Positions 54,906-64,000 of a DNA stretch of 64,000 nt are shown piece after piece (the first letter of the stretch is position 1; every line of letters starts with the position of its first letter). Below the pieces are notes generated by a model, which ran no database searches, was not told the DNA's origin, and saw only the letters and a program-made list of their open reading frames with translations. The translations under genes were made by a program, and so were the position numbers. Source of the DNA: an uncultured bacterium (GTDB taxonomy: Bacteria > Chloroflexota > UBA5177 > JANWHV01); contig CAVSOU010000007.1 in the NCBI GenBank assembly GCA_963729625.1, positions 160,001 to 224,000 of the forward strand, given 5' to 3'.

Positions 54906-56939
54906 ATGAACCTGAACAGTGACTACCGTTACTCAGAGTGGGACAACAGCCAGCAGATCGATCCGTTTGACGCGAACGAGCTGATCAACGCGTTGTCGGA
55001 TGAGCTGCTTGACGACGGTGACCTGCAGCGCGCGCTGCAGCGGCTTTATCGCCTTGGCGACCAGGGCCGGCTCGGCGACCGGCTCGATGGCATGAAACAG
55101 CTCATCGAGCGGCTTCGACAACAGCGGCAAGCTACGCTCAGCCGCCATAACCTGAGCTCGATAATGGACGACCTGAAGGCTCAGCTGAACGACATCGTCG
55201 ACACCGAGCGGCGCGGGATCGAGCGGCGCGTGGTCGAAAGCAAGCAGCCACCTCCAGCAGGGAGCGAGCAAACCTCGGCGGACGATAACGAGGCACTGCG
55301 CAAAATGCTCGACAGTATGGCCGCCAGGAAGCGCGACTACCTCGACGCGCTGCCGGAAAGCGTGCCACAGCGGTTTCAGTCGCTCTCGCAGTACGACTTC
55401 ATGGACAACGAGGCGCGCGACAAGTTCAATGCTCTCCGCCAGAAACTCCAGCAGCAGGTAATGCAATCCTACTTCAAGGGCATGCAGCAGGCCATACAGA
55501 GCATCACGCCGGAAGACCTTCAGCGAACCCGCCAAATGGTGCAAGACCTGAACCAGATGCTCGAGGATCGTCTCCAGGGCCGCGAGCCGAAGTTCGATGA
55601 GTTCATGGAGAAGTATGGCGACATGTTCCCAGGCGTCAACAACCTGGATGAGCTCCTCGAGCAGATGCAGCAGCGCATGGCCGCCATGCAGGCGCTGATG
55701 GACAGCATGTCGCCGGAAATGCGCGACCAGCTCCAGCAGATGATGGATAGCCTGATCGGCGACGACCGGCTGCGGGCCGATCTTGCTCGCCTTGCCCTCA
55801 ATCTGAATCAGATGTTCCCCAATCAACAGGGACGCCGCGGATATCCCTTCCGGGGAGACGAGCCGCTGTCCATGGTTGAGGCCATGGCCATGATGGAGCG
55901 TCTCCAGGCGATGGACGATCTCGAGGCCCAGATGCGTGCCGCGCAGACAGGGGATGGGATCGACGATATCGATCCGAACAAGGTGCGCGGCGTACTGGGC
56001 GAGGAGGAGGCGCGCCAGCTGGAGCAGCTTCAGCAGCTAACCAAGATGCTCGAAGAAGCCGGGTTCGTCAAGAAGACTGAAAAAGGGTACGAGCTTACAG
56101 CGCATGGCATCCGCAAGATCGGACAGAAGGCCCTTCGCGATGTCTTCGGCCGGCTCAAGCGTGACAGCTTCGGCAGCCATGCCACGCAATTCCGCGGCGG
56201 AGGTGGCGAGCAGATTGACGAGACCAAGCGCTATGTATTCGGCGATCCGTTCCTGCTTGATATCCAGAAAACCGCCATGAACGCGGTCGAACGGCAGGGA
56301 CGAGGCACTCCTGTGAGGCTCGCGCCTGAGGACTTCGAAGTATATCGAACTGAGCTTCTCACGCAGTCGGCGACCGTGTTGATGCTGGATATGAGTCGAT
56401 CGATGTTTCTTAACGGGTGCTTCTCAGCGGCCAAGAAAGTCGCCATCGCACTGCACAGCCTTATCAAAGGGCAGTATCCACGCGACTCCCTGCAGATCAT
56501 CGGCTTCTCGTACCTGGCTCAGCCAATCAAGCCGGAAGACCTGCCCGGGATAAGCTGGGACGATCACAATTATGGAACGAATCTCCAGCATGCCTTGATT
56601 CTTGGCAGGCAGTACCTCGCGCGAAGCAAGGCGCGCAACCGGCAGATCATCGTGATCACAGACGGGGAGCCGACGACTCATCTCGAGGGCGGGCATCCGA
56701 TGTTCAATTATCCGCCCACATATCGGACAATTCAGGAAACGCTTCGCGAGGTCGTTCGCTGCACCCGCGACCAGATAGTGATCAACACCTTCATGCTCGA
56801 GAGCGGATACTATTTGACCGATTTCGTCGGCCAGATGACCAAGTTGAACCGCGGTCGCGCGTTCTTTGCTACCCCGGAAAACCTTGGCGAGTATATCCTG
56901 GTCGACTACGTCGCGAACAAGCAGAAGAAGGTGAGCTAA
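54906..56939 (+). CDS. VWA-domain protein, partner of the AAA+ ATPase
   Basis: Long Q/M-rich helical region, MIDAS 'DMSRSM', 'TNLQHAL', 'ITDGEPT'. Confidence 0.9.
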   Translation: MNLNSDYRYSEWDNSQQIDPFDANELINALSDELLDDGDLQRALQRLYRLGDQGRLGDRLDGMKQLIERLRQQRQATLSRHNLSSIMDDLKAQLNDIVDTERRGIERRVVESKQPPPAGSEQTSADDNEALRKMLDSMAARKRDYLDALPESVPQRFQSLSQYDFMDNEARDKFNALRQKLQQQVMQSYFKGMQQAIQSITPEDLQRTRQMVQDLNQMLEDRLQGREPKFDEFMEKYGDMFPGVNNLDELLEQMQQRMAAMQALMDSMSPEMRDQLQQMMDSLIGDDRLRADLARLALNLNQMFPNQQGRRGYPFRGDEPLSMVEAMAMMERLQAMDDLEAQMRAAQTGDGIDDIDPNKVRGVLGEEEARQLEQLQQLTKMLEEAGFVKKTEKGYELTAHGIRKIGQKALRDVFGRLKRDSFGSHATQFRGGGGEQIDETKRYVFGDPFLLDIQKTAMNAVERQGRGTPVRLAPEDFEVYRTELLTQSATVLMLDMSRSMFLNGCFSAAKKVAIALHSLIKGQYPRDSLQIIGFSYLAQPIKPEDLPGISWDDHNYGTNLQHALILGRQYLARSKARNRQIIVITDGEPTTHLEGGHPMFNYPPTYRTIQETLREVVRCTRDQIVINTFMLESGYYLTDFVGQMTKLNRGRAFFATPENLGEYILVDYVANKQKKVS

Positions 56940-57052
56940 AGTCAGCCACCGCCTGACCAGCTGGCCGCTTGGTGCACGGCAGGCGGTTCGTCTCCGCGCG
57001 GCACATGGCATGTTGGATCGAGAACGCCGATGTGCCGCGCGACATCGCCGCT

Positions 57053-57988
57053 TCAGGAGTCCTGCTGGTACAGGAAGGTGGATAGGTAGCGCTCTCCGCT
57101 GTCGGGCAACAGCACGACAATCGTCTTGCCGGCGTTCTCCGGACGCTTCGCCACCTCGAGCGCGGCATGAGCGGCCGCGCCGCTCGAGATTCCCGTAAGG
57201 ATGCCCTCCTCGACCGCAAGGCGCCTTGCCGCCGCCGTCGCCTCGGCAACGCTGACCGGAAGCACCTCATCGATGACGGAACGGTTGAGAATTTCTGGGA
57301 CAAACGGTACGCCTATGCCCTGTATCTTGTGTGGACCCGGCGTGCCCCCGGAGAGAAGAGGTGATTCGGCCGGCTCCACCGCCACGATTCTCAGGTCAGG
57401 TTTTCGCGGCTTGAGCACTTCTCCCACGCCGGTGATCGTGCCTCCGGTACCGATGCCTGCGACGAAGATGTCTACCGCGCCCTCAGTATCGTTCCAGATC
57501 TCCTCGGCCGTCGTCTCGCGGTGGATCTTCGGGTTGGCCGGATTCTCGAATTGCATCGGGATGAAGGAGTTGGGGGTCGACTCTGCCAGCTCCGCCGCTT
57601 TCGCTATCGCGCCAGGCATGCCGTTGGCGCCTGGAGTCAGCACGAGCTCCGCGCCTCGCGCCTTCAGCAACTGGCGACGCTCGACGCTCATCGTTTCAGG
57701 CATCGTGAGGATCAGCCTGTAGCCCTTCGCCGCTGCCACGAACGACAGCGCAATGCCCGTGTTACCGCTGGTTGGCTCGATAATCGTCGTCTTGCCGGGA
57801 CTGATGAGGCCCTGGCGCTCGGCCTCGGCGATCATGCTCACTCCAATGCGGTCCTTGACACTTCCACCCGGACCGAAATACTCCAGCTTCGCGAGCACCC
57901 GCGCCTGTGATCCATCCGTTACACGGTTCAGCCGCACCAGCGGGGTTTGTCCCACCGTCTCCGACAGATCGTTGTAAATCCTGCCCAT
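57053..57988 (-). CDS. cysK: Cysteine synthase A
   Basis: 'GQTPLVRL', 'SVKDRIG' (PLP Lys), 'EPTSGNTG', 'QFENPANP', 'GIGTGGT', 'HKIQGIG', 'DSGERYLST'. GGGG RBS before ATG 57988. Confidence 0.97.
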   Translation of the reverse strand: MGRIYNDLSETVGQTPLVRLNRVTDGSQARVLAKLEYFGPGGSVKDRIGVSMIAEAERQGLISPGKTTIIEPTSGNTGIALSFVAAAKGYRLILTMPETMSVERRQLLKARGAELVLTPGANGMPGAIAKAAELAESTPNSFIPMQFENPANPKIHRETTAEEIWNDTEGAVDIFVAGIGTGGTITGVGEVLKPRKPDLRIVAVEPAESPLLSGGTPGPHKIQGIGVPFVPEILNRSVIDEVLPVSVAEATAAARRLAVEEGILTGISSGAAAHAALEVAKRPENAGKTIVVLLPDSGERYLSTFLYQQDS

Positions 57989-58124
57989 TTCGCGTCCCCT
58001 GATTATAAAGGCTATCGAGTTACTTGACATTATCTCGATCAAGAAGAGGTTAACACACGACAATCTGTGCGTCAAAACATGAAGCGATCGCGCGTTTCAG
58101 GTGCGCTCGAGCCCGCTGTTTCGT

Positions 58125-58153
58125 TTGACAACGTGGACGATGATCCGTACGCT
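58125..58153 (+). promoter_or_regulatory. Sigma70-type promoter of the tRNA gene
   Basis: TTGACA (58125-58130), 17-bp spacer, TACGCT (58148-58153). Confidence 0.8.
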
Positions 58154-58172
58154 GACTGAGTGCTTTCGGCAC

Positions 58173-58246
58173 GGCCCGGTCGTCTAGCGGCCTAGGACAT
58201 CGCCCTTTCAAGGCGGAGATCACGGGTTCGAATCCCGTCCGGGCTA
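58173..58246 (+). tRNA. tRNA-Glu (anticodon TTC)
   Basis: Acceptor GGCCCGG/CCGGGCT, D arm GTC-TAGCGGCCTAG-GAC, anticodon arm TCGCC-CTTTCAA-GGCGG, T arm ACGGG-TTCGAAT-CCCGT. CCA is not encoded. Confidence 0.96.
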
Positions 58247-58257
58247 CCTCGCCCCGC

Positions 58258-58716
58258 CTACCATTCAGCCAGGAGCGCCTCGAGACCCGTTCGCAGCGAC
58301 TGCAGTTGCTCGCCCGAGAGCTTTGTCAGCCGCTCGTGGATCCGCGCAGCTCGACCTTCATACAGGGAGGCCAGGGTCGCTTCGCCCTTCGGCGTGAGCC
58401 GGCTGACGACAAGCCTTCGATCGCCCGCATCGTCTTCTCTGCAAACGAAGCCGGCCTCAACCAACCGGTCGAGGATGCCCGTTACATTCGATACGTGGAT
58501 GCCGAGGTTCTCGGCCAGTACACCCATGCGAGCACGGCCCACTTGCCACAAGAAGAGCATCGCCTTGAACTGCGCCATCGTAATGTCCAGACTCATCCAC
58601 GCCTGCAGTTCCACCAACGAGAACAGCCGGACCAACGTGGCAAACTGCTCCCGGACCTGCTCGGCAAGGTCAGGCGCCCCGACGACCACCGATGATTGAT
58701 CCGCGCTCTGAGTCAC
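58258..58716 (-). CDS. MarR-family transcriptional regulator
   Basis: 'ITMAQFKAM', 'LAENLGIHVSNVTGILDRLVEAGFV.R..D..DRR....LT.KG'. GAGG before GTG 58716. Confidence 0.92.
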   Translation of the reverse strand: MTQSADQSSVVVGAPDLAEQVREQFATLVRLFSLVELQAWMSLDITMAQFKAMLFLWQVGRARMGVLAENLGIHVSNVTGILDRLVEAGFVCREDDAGDRRLVVSRLTPKGEATLASLYEGRAARIHERLTKLSGEQLQSLRTGLEALLAEW

Positions 58717-59057
58717 TGCGACCTCAAGAGACCAATGCGCTGCTTTCTGGCAGGATGATACGTGCCAAGTTTCTCGTGCGTCAAGCCTGCGGCCGGCGCA
58801 AGGCTTACATGTTCGCTGGCTTGCCACGTGCTATAACGTGCCCCGCGGCCAGGTGCACTGCGAGTCGGCTGCCATACTGGCAGTGCCCGCCCGCTCGTCC
58901 GCCGCGGCCAATCGTCTCCCCCCATTTGTCCCGGTAGCCCTGTCTAAGGACTGCTGCGAAGCGCTACCTTTTCGAGTAGACTTGCTCACATGGGAACCCT
59001 ACGAACCGTCGATGCCGCGTGCCGCACAAGCTGGAATCCTCGATGTCGTAATTCTTC

Positions 59058-61265
59058 ATGAGCTTGGAACCCAGAAGAGTGGCCTTGACCGGTTCTGCAG
59101 CTTCGCCTTCGAACCCTGCTCTGGCGGCCGGGCTGTTCGCCAGGTATCGCGTGCATGTCTGTGCGGCGTCCGTGGCGCTGTTCGTTCTCGCGCTGCACCT
59201 CGTGCTGACGCACATGAGCGCGTATTCGGCAACCCCGCTGTGGGGCGCCGAGCTCCTGTTCAACATCCTGCTCAATGTGGCCTTCCTGGCAATTTCCCTG
59301 GCATTTGGCCAACGACTGGCTGGGCCCCTAACCCACTGCGCGAGCTCACCGATCGTCGATACGTTGTCGGTACTCGCGCTCGGCTTCGGAGCGCTCAGCT
59401 TGAGCATTCTCGCGATCGGACTCCTGCACGTGCTCTACTGGCCGGTCATCGCGGCGGCGGCGCTCGCGCTCGTCGCGTGGCTACGAAGCGAATTGCTGTC
59501 ACTGTGGTGCGCAGTCGCGCGCGGGACCTGGCTATGCCGGCTACGAGCCCAAGCTCAATCAGCGCTCAGCCCCGGCATGAAGATCCCGGCAATCATTGTT
59601 GCCGGGGCGATCCTCTTCGCGTTTCTCCGCAACGCCGTGCCCCTGGTCGGGGATGAGCAGGATTACGACGGCGTCAGTTATCACGTGGTCGCTCCAAAAT
59701 TGTATCTTGCCGCCCACCACATCTTTCCCGTTCCCGACATCCCGCTTGCCAATGCTCCATCGGCGACAGAGATGTTCTCGATCCTGGGACTTCTGGCCGG
59801 CACCGACATGCAGATGAAGGTCTTGAATCTCTGCTTTTCGCTGCTGCTCGGCATCGCCGTATTCGACTTCACGAGACGGCACCTGCGGGCAGACGCGGCG
59901 GCGCTCGCCGTCATCCTGCTGTACTTGCCGCTCTGGATCGTGAACTTGATGTCGTGCACGCTGCCGGACTTCGCTGCGGCGTTCTTTGCCGTGCTCTCCC
60001 TTGACTCCATGGCCACGTGGCTCGAACGCGCTTCCGGCGAGACGTCGGCTCGCGAAAACAGTCCTCGAACGGTGTGGAGCGGCGGCCGGCGAGAGTGGTT
60101 GCTGCCGCGCGCCGGATTGTTGGCCGGATTCGCGGTCAGTTGCAAGCTTACAACAGCGCCGTTGCTGCCTTCCGCGGTGCTGGCGCTGGGCGGCGCCTGC
60201 CTGACCCTTGAGTGTCCTGGCATGCTCCAGCGTCTGCGGTACGCCATCGGGGCGTGCCTCCAGGTGTGTGTATTCGCGGTCCTTCCGCTCGCGCCCTGGT
60301 TTCTCAAGAATGTCGCCTTCTTCGGCAGCCCGTTGTATCCAGTCGGCCAGCTCGTCAATGGAGCCGACTGCACCGGCGGCGTGGAAGTGTGCGCCCCGGC
60401 TGCTGCTGTCGCCAGTAGCCCATTGCCGTCAATCGTGCAGAGCGTATGGCATCCGCTCTTCAACGTAGTGAGCACGTACTGGAACTATAGCGGACCGCTC
60501 AGTGCCTGCATCCTCATCGCGGCATGTGTGTTCCGGAGTGCGCCGGCGCGATTCTGCGTCATGTTCCTGCTCTTCGGCGCCGTCATCTGGTTGAAAGTCG
60601 AGCCGCTCTTCAACCCGCCGAGGTACTGGCTGCCGATGCTCTGCATCAGCTTCTGCCTCTCGAGCGCGGCCATAAACTGGACGCTCGAGCAGCTTGGCTC
60701 AAGGCTGCGATGGACCCTGCGCCTGTTCGGAGAGCCGCATGGCATTGGCGAAGTGGTTCTCGTTATGTACCTGGCGATTGCCTCGCTCTGGCTTCTCATC
60801 ATCTCTATCGGTTTGGCCCAGCGCGCGAGCGCCTTCGATCTGCTCTCGGGCGGGCTTTCGCGCCACGAGTTTCTGGTGCAGAGGGTCCGCCCATATAGCG
60901 CTATGGACTGGGTCAACGCGCATGTCGGGTCGACGACCGAGGTCGTGACTGTCAACACAAGCCTCGGATATTACCTTCAGGAACCATACCTGAGCGACTG
61001 GTTCGGTACGAGATCGGCCCGGCTGCAGGCAGGAGGGACGCAACGTAAGGCCGAGTTCTCTGAATGGTGCGCCGCGAACGTCCGTGCTGTGGTCTTGAAC
61101 CGCGGCCTGCACGAGTACAACTCAGACTCGGCGGCGGAGATACAGCCTCGCGCATCTATTGCCTGGCTCCGAACCCCAGGTCTTGGCGCCCGCCTGCTGT
61201 TCACGTGGCGCGGCGTCGACGTCATTGCGGTTCATCCGTGCGACACGCTCTCGCGCCCAAGGTGA
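59058..61265 (+). CDS. Polytopic membrane protein, GT-C/ArnT-like glycosyltransferase (paralogue 1)
   Basis: Many TM helices, 'DYDGVSYH....KLYL..H...P.PDIPLAN', 'PWFLKN..FFGSPLYP', 'PPRY', 'GYYL..PYL.DW.GTR'. Confidence 0.78.
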   Translation: MSLEPRRVALTGSAASPSNPALAAGLFARYRVHVCAASVALFVLALHLVLTHMSAYSATPLWGAELLFNILLNVAFLAISLAFGQRLAGPLTHCASSPIVDTLSVLALGFGALSLSILAIGLLHVLYWPVIAAAALALVAWLRSELLSLWCAVARGTWLCRLRAQAQSALSPGMKIPAIIVAGAILFAFLRNAVPLVGDEQDYDGVSYHVVAPKLYLAAHHIFPVPDIPLANAPSATEMFSILGLLAGTDMQMKVLNLCFSLLLGIAVFDFTRRHLRADAAALAVILLYLPLWIVNLMSCTLPDFAAAFFAVLSLDSMATWLERASGETSARENSPRTVWSGGRREWLLPRAGLLAGFAVSCKLTTAPLLPSAVLALGGACLTLECPGMLQRLRYAIGACLQVCVFAVLPLAPWFLKNVAFFGSPLYPVGQLVNGADCTGGVEVCAPAAAVASSPLPSIVQSVWHPLFNVVSTYWNYSGPLSACILIAACVFRSAPARFCVMFLLFGAVIWLKVEPLFNPPRYWLPMLCISFCLSSAAINWTLEQLGSRLRWTLRLFGEPHGIGEVVLVMYLAIASLWLLIISIGLAQRASAFDLLSGGLSRHEFLVQRVRPYSAMDWVNAHVGSTTEVVTVNTSLGYYLQEPYLSDWFGTRSARLQAGGTQRKAEFSEWCAANVRAVVLNRGLHEYNSDSAAEIQPRASIAWLRTPGLGARLLFTWRGVDVIAVHPCDTLSRPR

Positions 61266-63343
61266 GCGTCACCGGTGTTCATGTGCCCGCGGCACGTGCA
61301 CAGTCGGTGAGCTGGAATGGGTTCTCGATTACCCTGGCGGTAGTCGTGGCGGCTGCAGTGGCGCTCCACCTGCTCGTCCTGTCTGAAGGTCCGCACTGGA
61401 CGTCGCCCCTGCTGGCGGGCGAATGGTTGTTCAACGCCGTACTGGCTGGCTGCCTGCTTTTGTTCAGCCTCGTCCTGGGTCGACGCCTGGGTGGACCGCT
61501 ACGCCTGCTCGCACACCAGCCACTCGACGATGGACTGGCCATGCTGGGACTCGGCTTCGGTGCTCTTTCTGCCGGCATGCTCTGCGTCGGCTTGGTGCAG
61601 CTGTACTACCGGCCCTTGCTGCTCCTGGGTTTCGCGTTGGCCACCGTCGTGCTTCGCCGGGACCTGCTCTATCTCCTGGCATATGCACGGCAAAGCATCC
61701 ATGCGTGGCGGCGGGCAGGCCTGCCGACGGCGCCCGAGGGAGGCCAGCGCCTGATTCTCGCGCTACTGGCGTTTACCTCGCTGTACGTACTGTTGCGGTC
61801 AATGCTCCCGCTTACCGACTGGGACGCCGTCGTCTACCATCTAGCCTCGGTAAAGCTTTACCTCGCGCATCACGGAGTGTTTCCCCTGCCCGATATTCCG
61901 CTCGCCAATGGCCCAGCGGCCGAAGAGATGCTGTTTCTCCTGGGCCTCGCCACCGGCACTGACGGTCTGGGCAAGGTGCTGAACATTGGCTTCGCCGTGC
62001 TGCTCTGCATAGCCATCTATATCCTCGGTCGTCGCCTGAGCGGACGCACGGCCGGCTGGCAGGCCGTACTGCTGTTTGGCAGTACCTTCTGGATGATCGC
62101 GGTTCTGCCGCTTGCGATCGTCGATTTCGCCTCGGCGTTCCTGCTGGTGGCCGGAGTCAACGACGGAGTAGCCTGGGCCGATCGATTGTCGACCGCAGCG
62201 CGCCGTGGAGTGAGCCACGGCCGAGCAGATCCGCTGTTGATACGCAGCGGGCTCCTGATAGGCTTCGCGGCCTCCACGAAGCTGTCCATGTTGGTCGCGC
62301 TGCCGGTAGCCGGTGCCACGGTGATCGCTATTGCGTTCCTGTACGGAGGTCGCGCCTGGGCTCCGCGCGTACGTGGAGCGGTCCGCGCCGGCGCAGTGAT
62401 AACGGTGAGCGCGGCGATCCCGCTGGCCCCCTGGTTCCTGAAGAATTGGGCGTATTTCGGCAATCCGCTTTACCCGTATGCAACCGTAGCCGTGAGCAAT
62501 CCGTCACACGGCATTTCCATCGACACCGCGCCTACGCTGCCTGCGGCGCATATCACCTGGATCTTCACATCTCTCGGTGACTTCCTCTGGAATCACGTAG
62601 GCGCGCTCTCCCTTGCGCTCGCCGTCGCCATAGTCCTGTTGCGGCGACCCGGGCAGCGGTTCGCGCTGTTGTTTCTGGCCACCGGGCTCGTCGCCTGGTT
62701 CCTGTTCGTGCCGTACTTCGATCCTCCGCGCTATTACCTGGGACTTGCGGCGCTCGCGCAGGCGCTCAGCGTGAGCGCGCTCTACGCAATCTTGCCGCTC
62801 AACAGGCGCGCAAACATGCTACGAAGTATCGGTGTGTTCTGCTATCTCATCACGCGTACGTGGCCAAACGTGCTGATTGGGCTCGGCGTGATGCAGCAGA
62901 GCCTGATCGGCCAGGTCGCCCGTGGCGACATCTCGCGTTACGACTACCTTGCCGGACAGGTACGCGGCTACGTTTCCGCGCAGTGGGTCAACTCCCACAC
63001 GCCGGCAGGAACGGTGATTGCGACGGCGGGCGTGCTCTCGGGGTACTACCTCGACCGCCCCTACCTGAATGACTGGTACGGAACACGCCTCAGTCGATTA
63101 GAGGCAGGCGGGGCCAGCCGAGAAATGGAGCTGACCGCCTGGTGCAAGGCGGGGGTGCACTTCGTCATCTTCGACCGCGGCGACGGGAACATGGGATTCG
63201 ACGGCATCAACGGGGTGAGGCCGCCAATGTCGTTCCCCTGGCTGCGCACGCCGGGTCTCAATGCCCGCCTTCGTTTCAGTGCCAACGGCGTCGACGTGCT
63301 CTCCGTCGATCCATGCTCGACTTTGAAACGCGGCGGGGAATGA
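61262..63343 (+). CDS. GT-C/ArnT-like membrane glycosyltransferase (paralogue 2)
   Basis: GTGA overlap with paralogue 1. 'DWDAVVYHL..VKLYL.HH...PLPDIPLAN', 'PWFLKNW.YFGNPLYP', 'PPRY'. Confidence 0.78.
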   Translation: MSVTGVHVPAARAQSVSWNGFSITLAVVVAAAVALHLLVLSEGPHWTSPLLAGEWLFNAVLAGCLLLFSLVLGRRLGGPLRLLAHQPLDDGLAMLGLGFGALSAGMLCVGLVQLYYRPLLLLGFALATVVLRRDLLYLLAYARQSIHAWRRAGLPTAPEGGQRLILALLAFTSLYVLLRSMLPLTDWDAVVYHLASVKLYLAHHGVFPLPDIPLANGPAAEEMLFLLGLATGTDGLGKVLNIGFAVLLCIAIYILGRRLSGRTAGWQAVLLFGSTFWMIAVLPLAIVDFASAFLLVAGVNDGVAWADRLSTAARRGVSHGRADPLLIRSGLLIGFAASTKLSMLVALPVAGATVIAIAFLYGGRAWAPRVRGAVRAGAVITVSAAIPLAPWFLKNWAYFGNPLYPYATVAVSNPSHGISIDTAPTLPAAHITWIFTSLGDFLWNHVGALSLALAVAIVLLRRPGQRFALLFLATGLVAWFLFVPYFDPPRYYLGLAALAQALSVSALYAILPLNRRANMLRSIGVFCYLITRTWPNVLIGLGVMQQSLIGQVARGDISRYDYLAGQVRGYVSAQWVNSHTPAGTVIATAGVLSGYYLDRPYLNDWYGTRLSRLEAGGASREMELTAWCKAGVHFVIFDRGDGNMGFDGINGVRPPMSFPWLRTPGLNARLRFSANGVDVLSVDPCSTLKRGGE

Positions 63344-63347
63344 GACT

Positions 63348-64000
63348 GTGACTGTTAGGCTGTCCGGTCGGTGGAGTCTCATTCCGGCCGATGCTCGGCG
63401 GCGCGTGGTGCTGGTCGCGTGCGCCGCGTGCATCCTTGCCGCCTCCACGGTGCTGCATCTTGTCGTCCTGGCGGAGGGACCGCACTGGCGATCGCCGCTT
63501 CTTGCCGGCGAATGGCTCTTCAACGTGGTGCTCGCGGTGACGATATTGGCGTACGCGTCGGCGCTCGGACGGCGCGTGTTCGGAGCTCTGGCGCGTCTCG
63601 ACGGAGACGGATTGGCGGATCGACTCGCCACATTGGGCCTCGGCCTTGGAATCATGTCCTCTCTCGTGCTTCTGGTCGGCTTCGCGCGGCTCTATTACGG
63701 CGCGGTGTTTCTTGCCGCGTTCCTCGGGCTGACAGCCTTACTTCGGGACCAGCTCGTCGACATGCTCGACGGAGTGGCGCGAGCAGTAGCTTCCTGGCGC
63801 AGAGAACGGGCGTTCTCCATTCCGGACAGGCGTCACGCCGTCGTACTGCTGCTCCTCGGCGTCACACTCGTGCATGTTGCCGCGCGTTCTATGCGGCCAC
63901 TCGACGACTGGGATGCTCTCGCCTATCACATGTCGTCGGTGAAGATTTACCTCGCCCACCATTCCATCGTCCCCTTGCCCGACATACCGCTGGCCAATGC
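63348..64000 (+). CDS. GT-C/ArnT-like membrane glycosyltransferase (paralogue 3, truncated by window end)
   Basis: Open frame from GTG 63348: 'LHLVVLAEGPHWRSPLLAGEWLFN' ... 'DDWDALAYHMSSVKIYLAHHSIVPLPDIPLAN'. Not in the supplied ORF track because no stop falls in the window. Confidence 0.8.
   Translation, partial: MTVRLSGRWSLIPADARRRVVLVACAACILAASTVLHLVVLAEGPHWRSPLLAGEWLFNVVLAVTILAYASALGRRVFGALARLDGDGLADRLATLGLGLGIMSSLVLLVGFARLYYGAVFLAAFLGLTALLRDQLVDMLDGVARAVASWRRERAFSIPDRRHAVVLLLLGVTLVHVAARSMRPLDDWDALAYHMSSVKIYLAHHSIVPLPDIPLAN

Noticed and set aside
58173-58260. tRNA-Glu as an integration (att) site
   Set aside because: No duplicated tRNA 3' end and no integrase seen in the window.
63340-63351. 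ATG overlapping the paralogue-2 stop as start of paralogue 3
   Set aside because: It reads ATG-AGA-CTG-TGA (three codons). The long frame starts at GTG 63348.
1-64000. CRISPR array, cas genes, intact transposase/integrase, rRNA
   Set aside because: No regularly spaced repeat-spacer pattern or corresponding protein or RNA motifs were seen. The only long tandem repeats are coding (RCC1 blades, Thr-rich linker).

Overview
GC-rich bacterial chromosomal segment. Gene content and order suggest a Terrabacteria/Chloroflexota-like organism (inference). The flanks are mostly housekeeping. Left flank (0.4-18.9 kb): two-component genes, tlyA-nadK, TetR, holB with a truncated RicT-like ORF, GT4-RmlC, SRAP, MFS, an atypical beta-decarboxylating dehydrogenase, HAD, a hybrid kinase, a metallophosphoesterase and a GT-C-like membrane protein. 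Right flank (37.6-64 kb): a multi-GAF kinase, Ldh_2, mutL, a cyclodeaminase, RNase HI, MgtE-N/CBS, Asp23-DAK2-DegV, an MBL hydrolase, moaC, pyrE, an AAA+/VWA pair, cysK, tRNA-Glu, MarR and three tandem GT-C-like paralogues. Between them (about 18.9-37.5 kb) lies a partly decayed accessory island rich in secreted proteins. It contains a group II intron fragment, a GT2 synthase-like remnant, two divergent paralogous uncharacterised TIM-barrel glycosidases (one behind a c-di-GMP-I riboswitch with terminator), a GGDEF-EAL gene coupled to a pstS remnant next to Pho-box-like repeats, an internally deleted GH26, a flippase-like protein, an RCC1/G1-like chimera and an orphan with a possible ADP-ribosyltransferase-like fold. 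The best candidate for a new system is a c-di-GMP-controlled, possibly phosphate-linked extracellular glycan module. No CRISPR array, rRNA gene or intact transposase was seen. All family calls come from motif recognition by eye, not from database searches.
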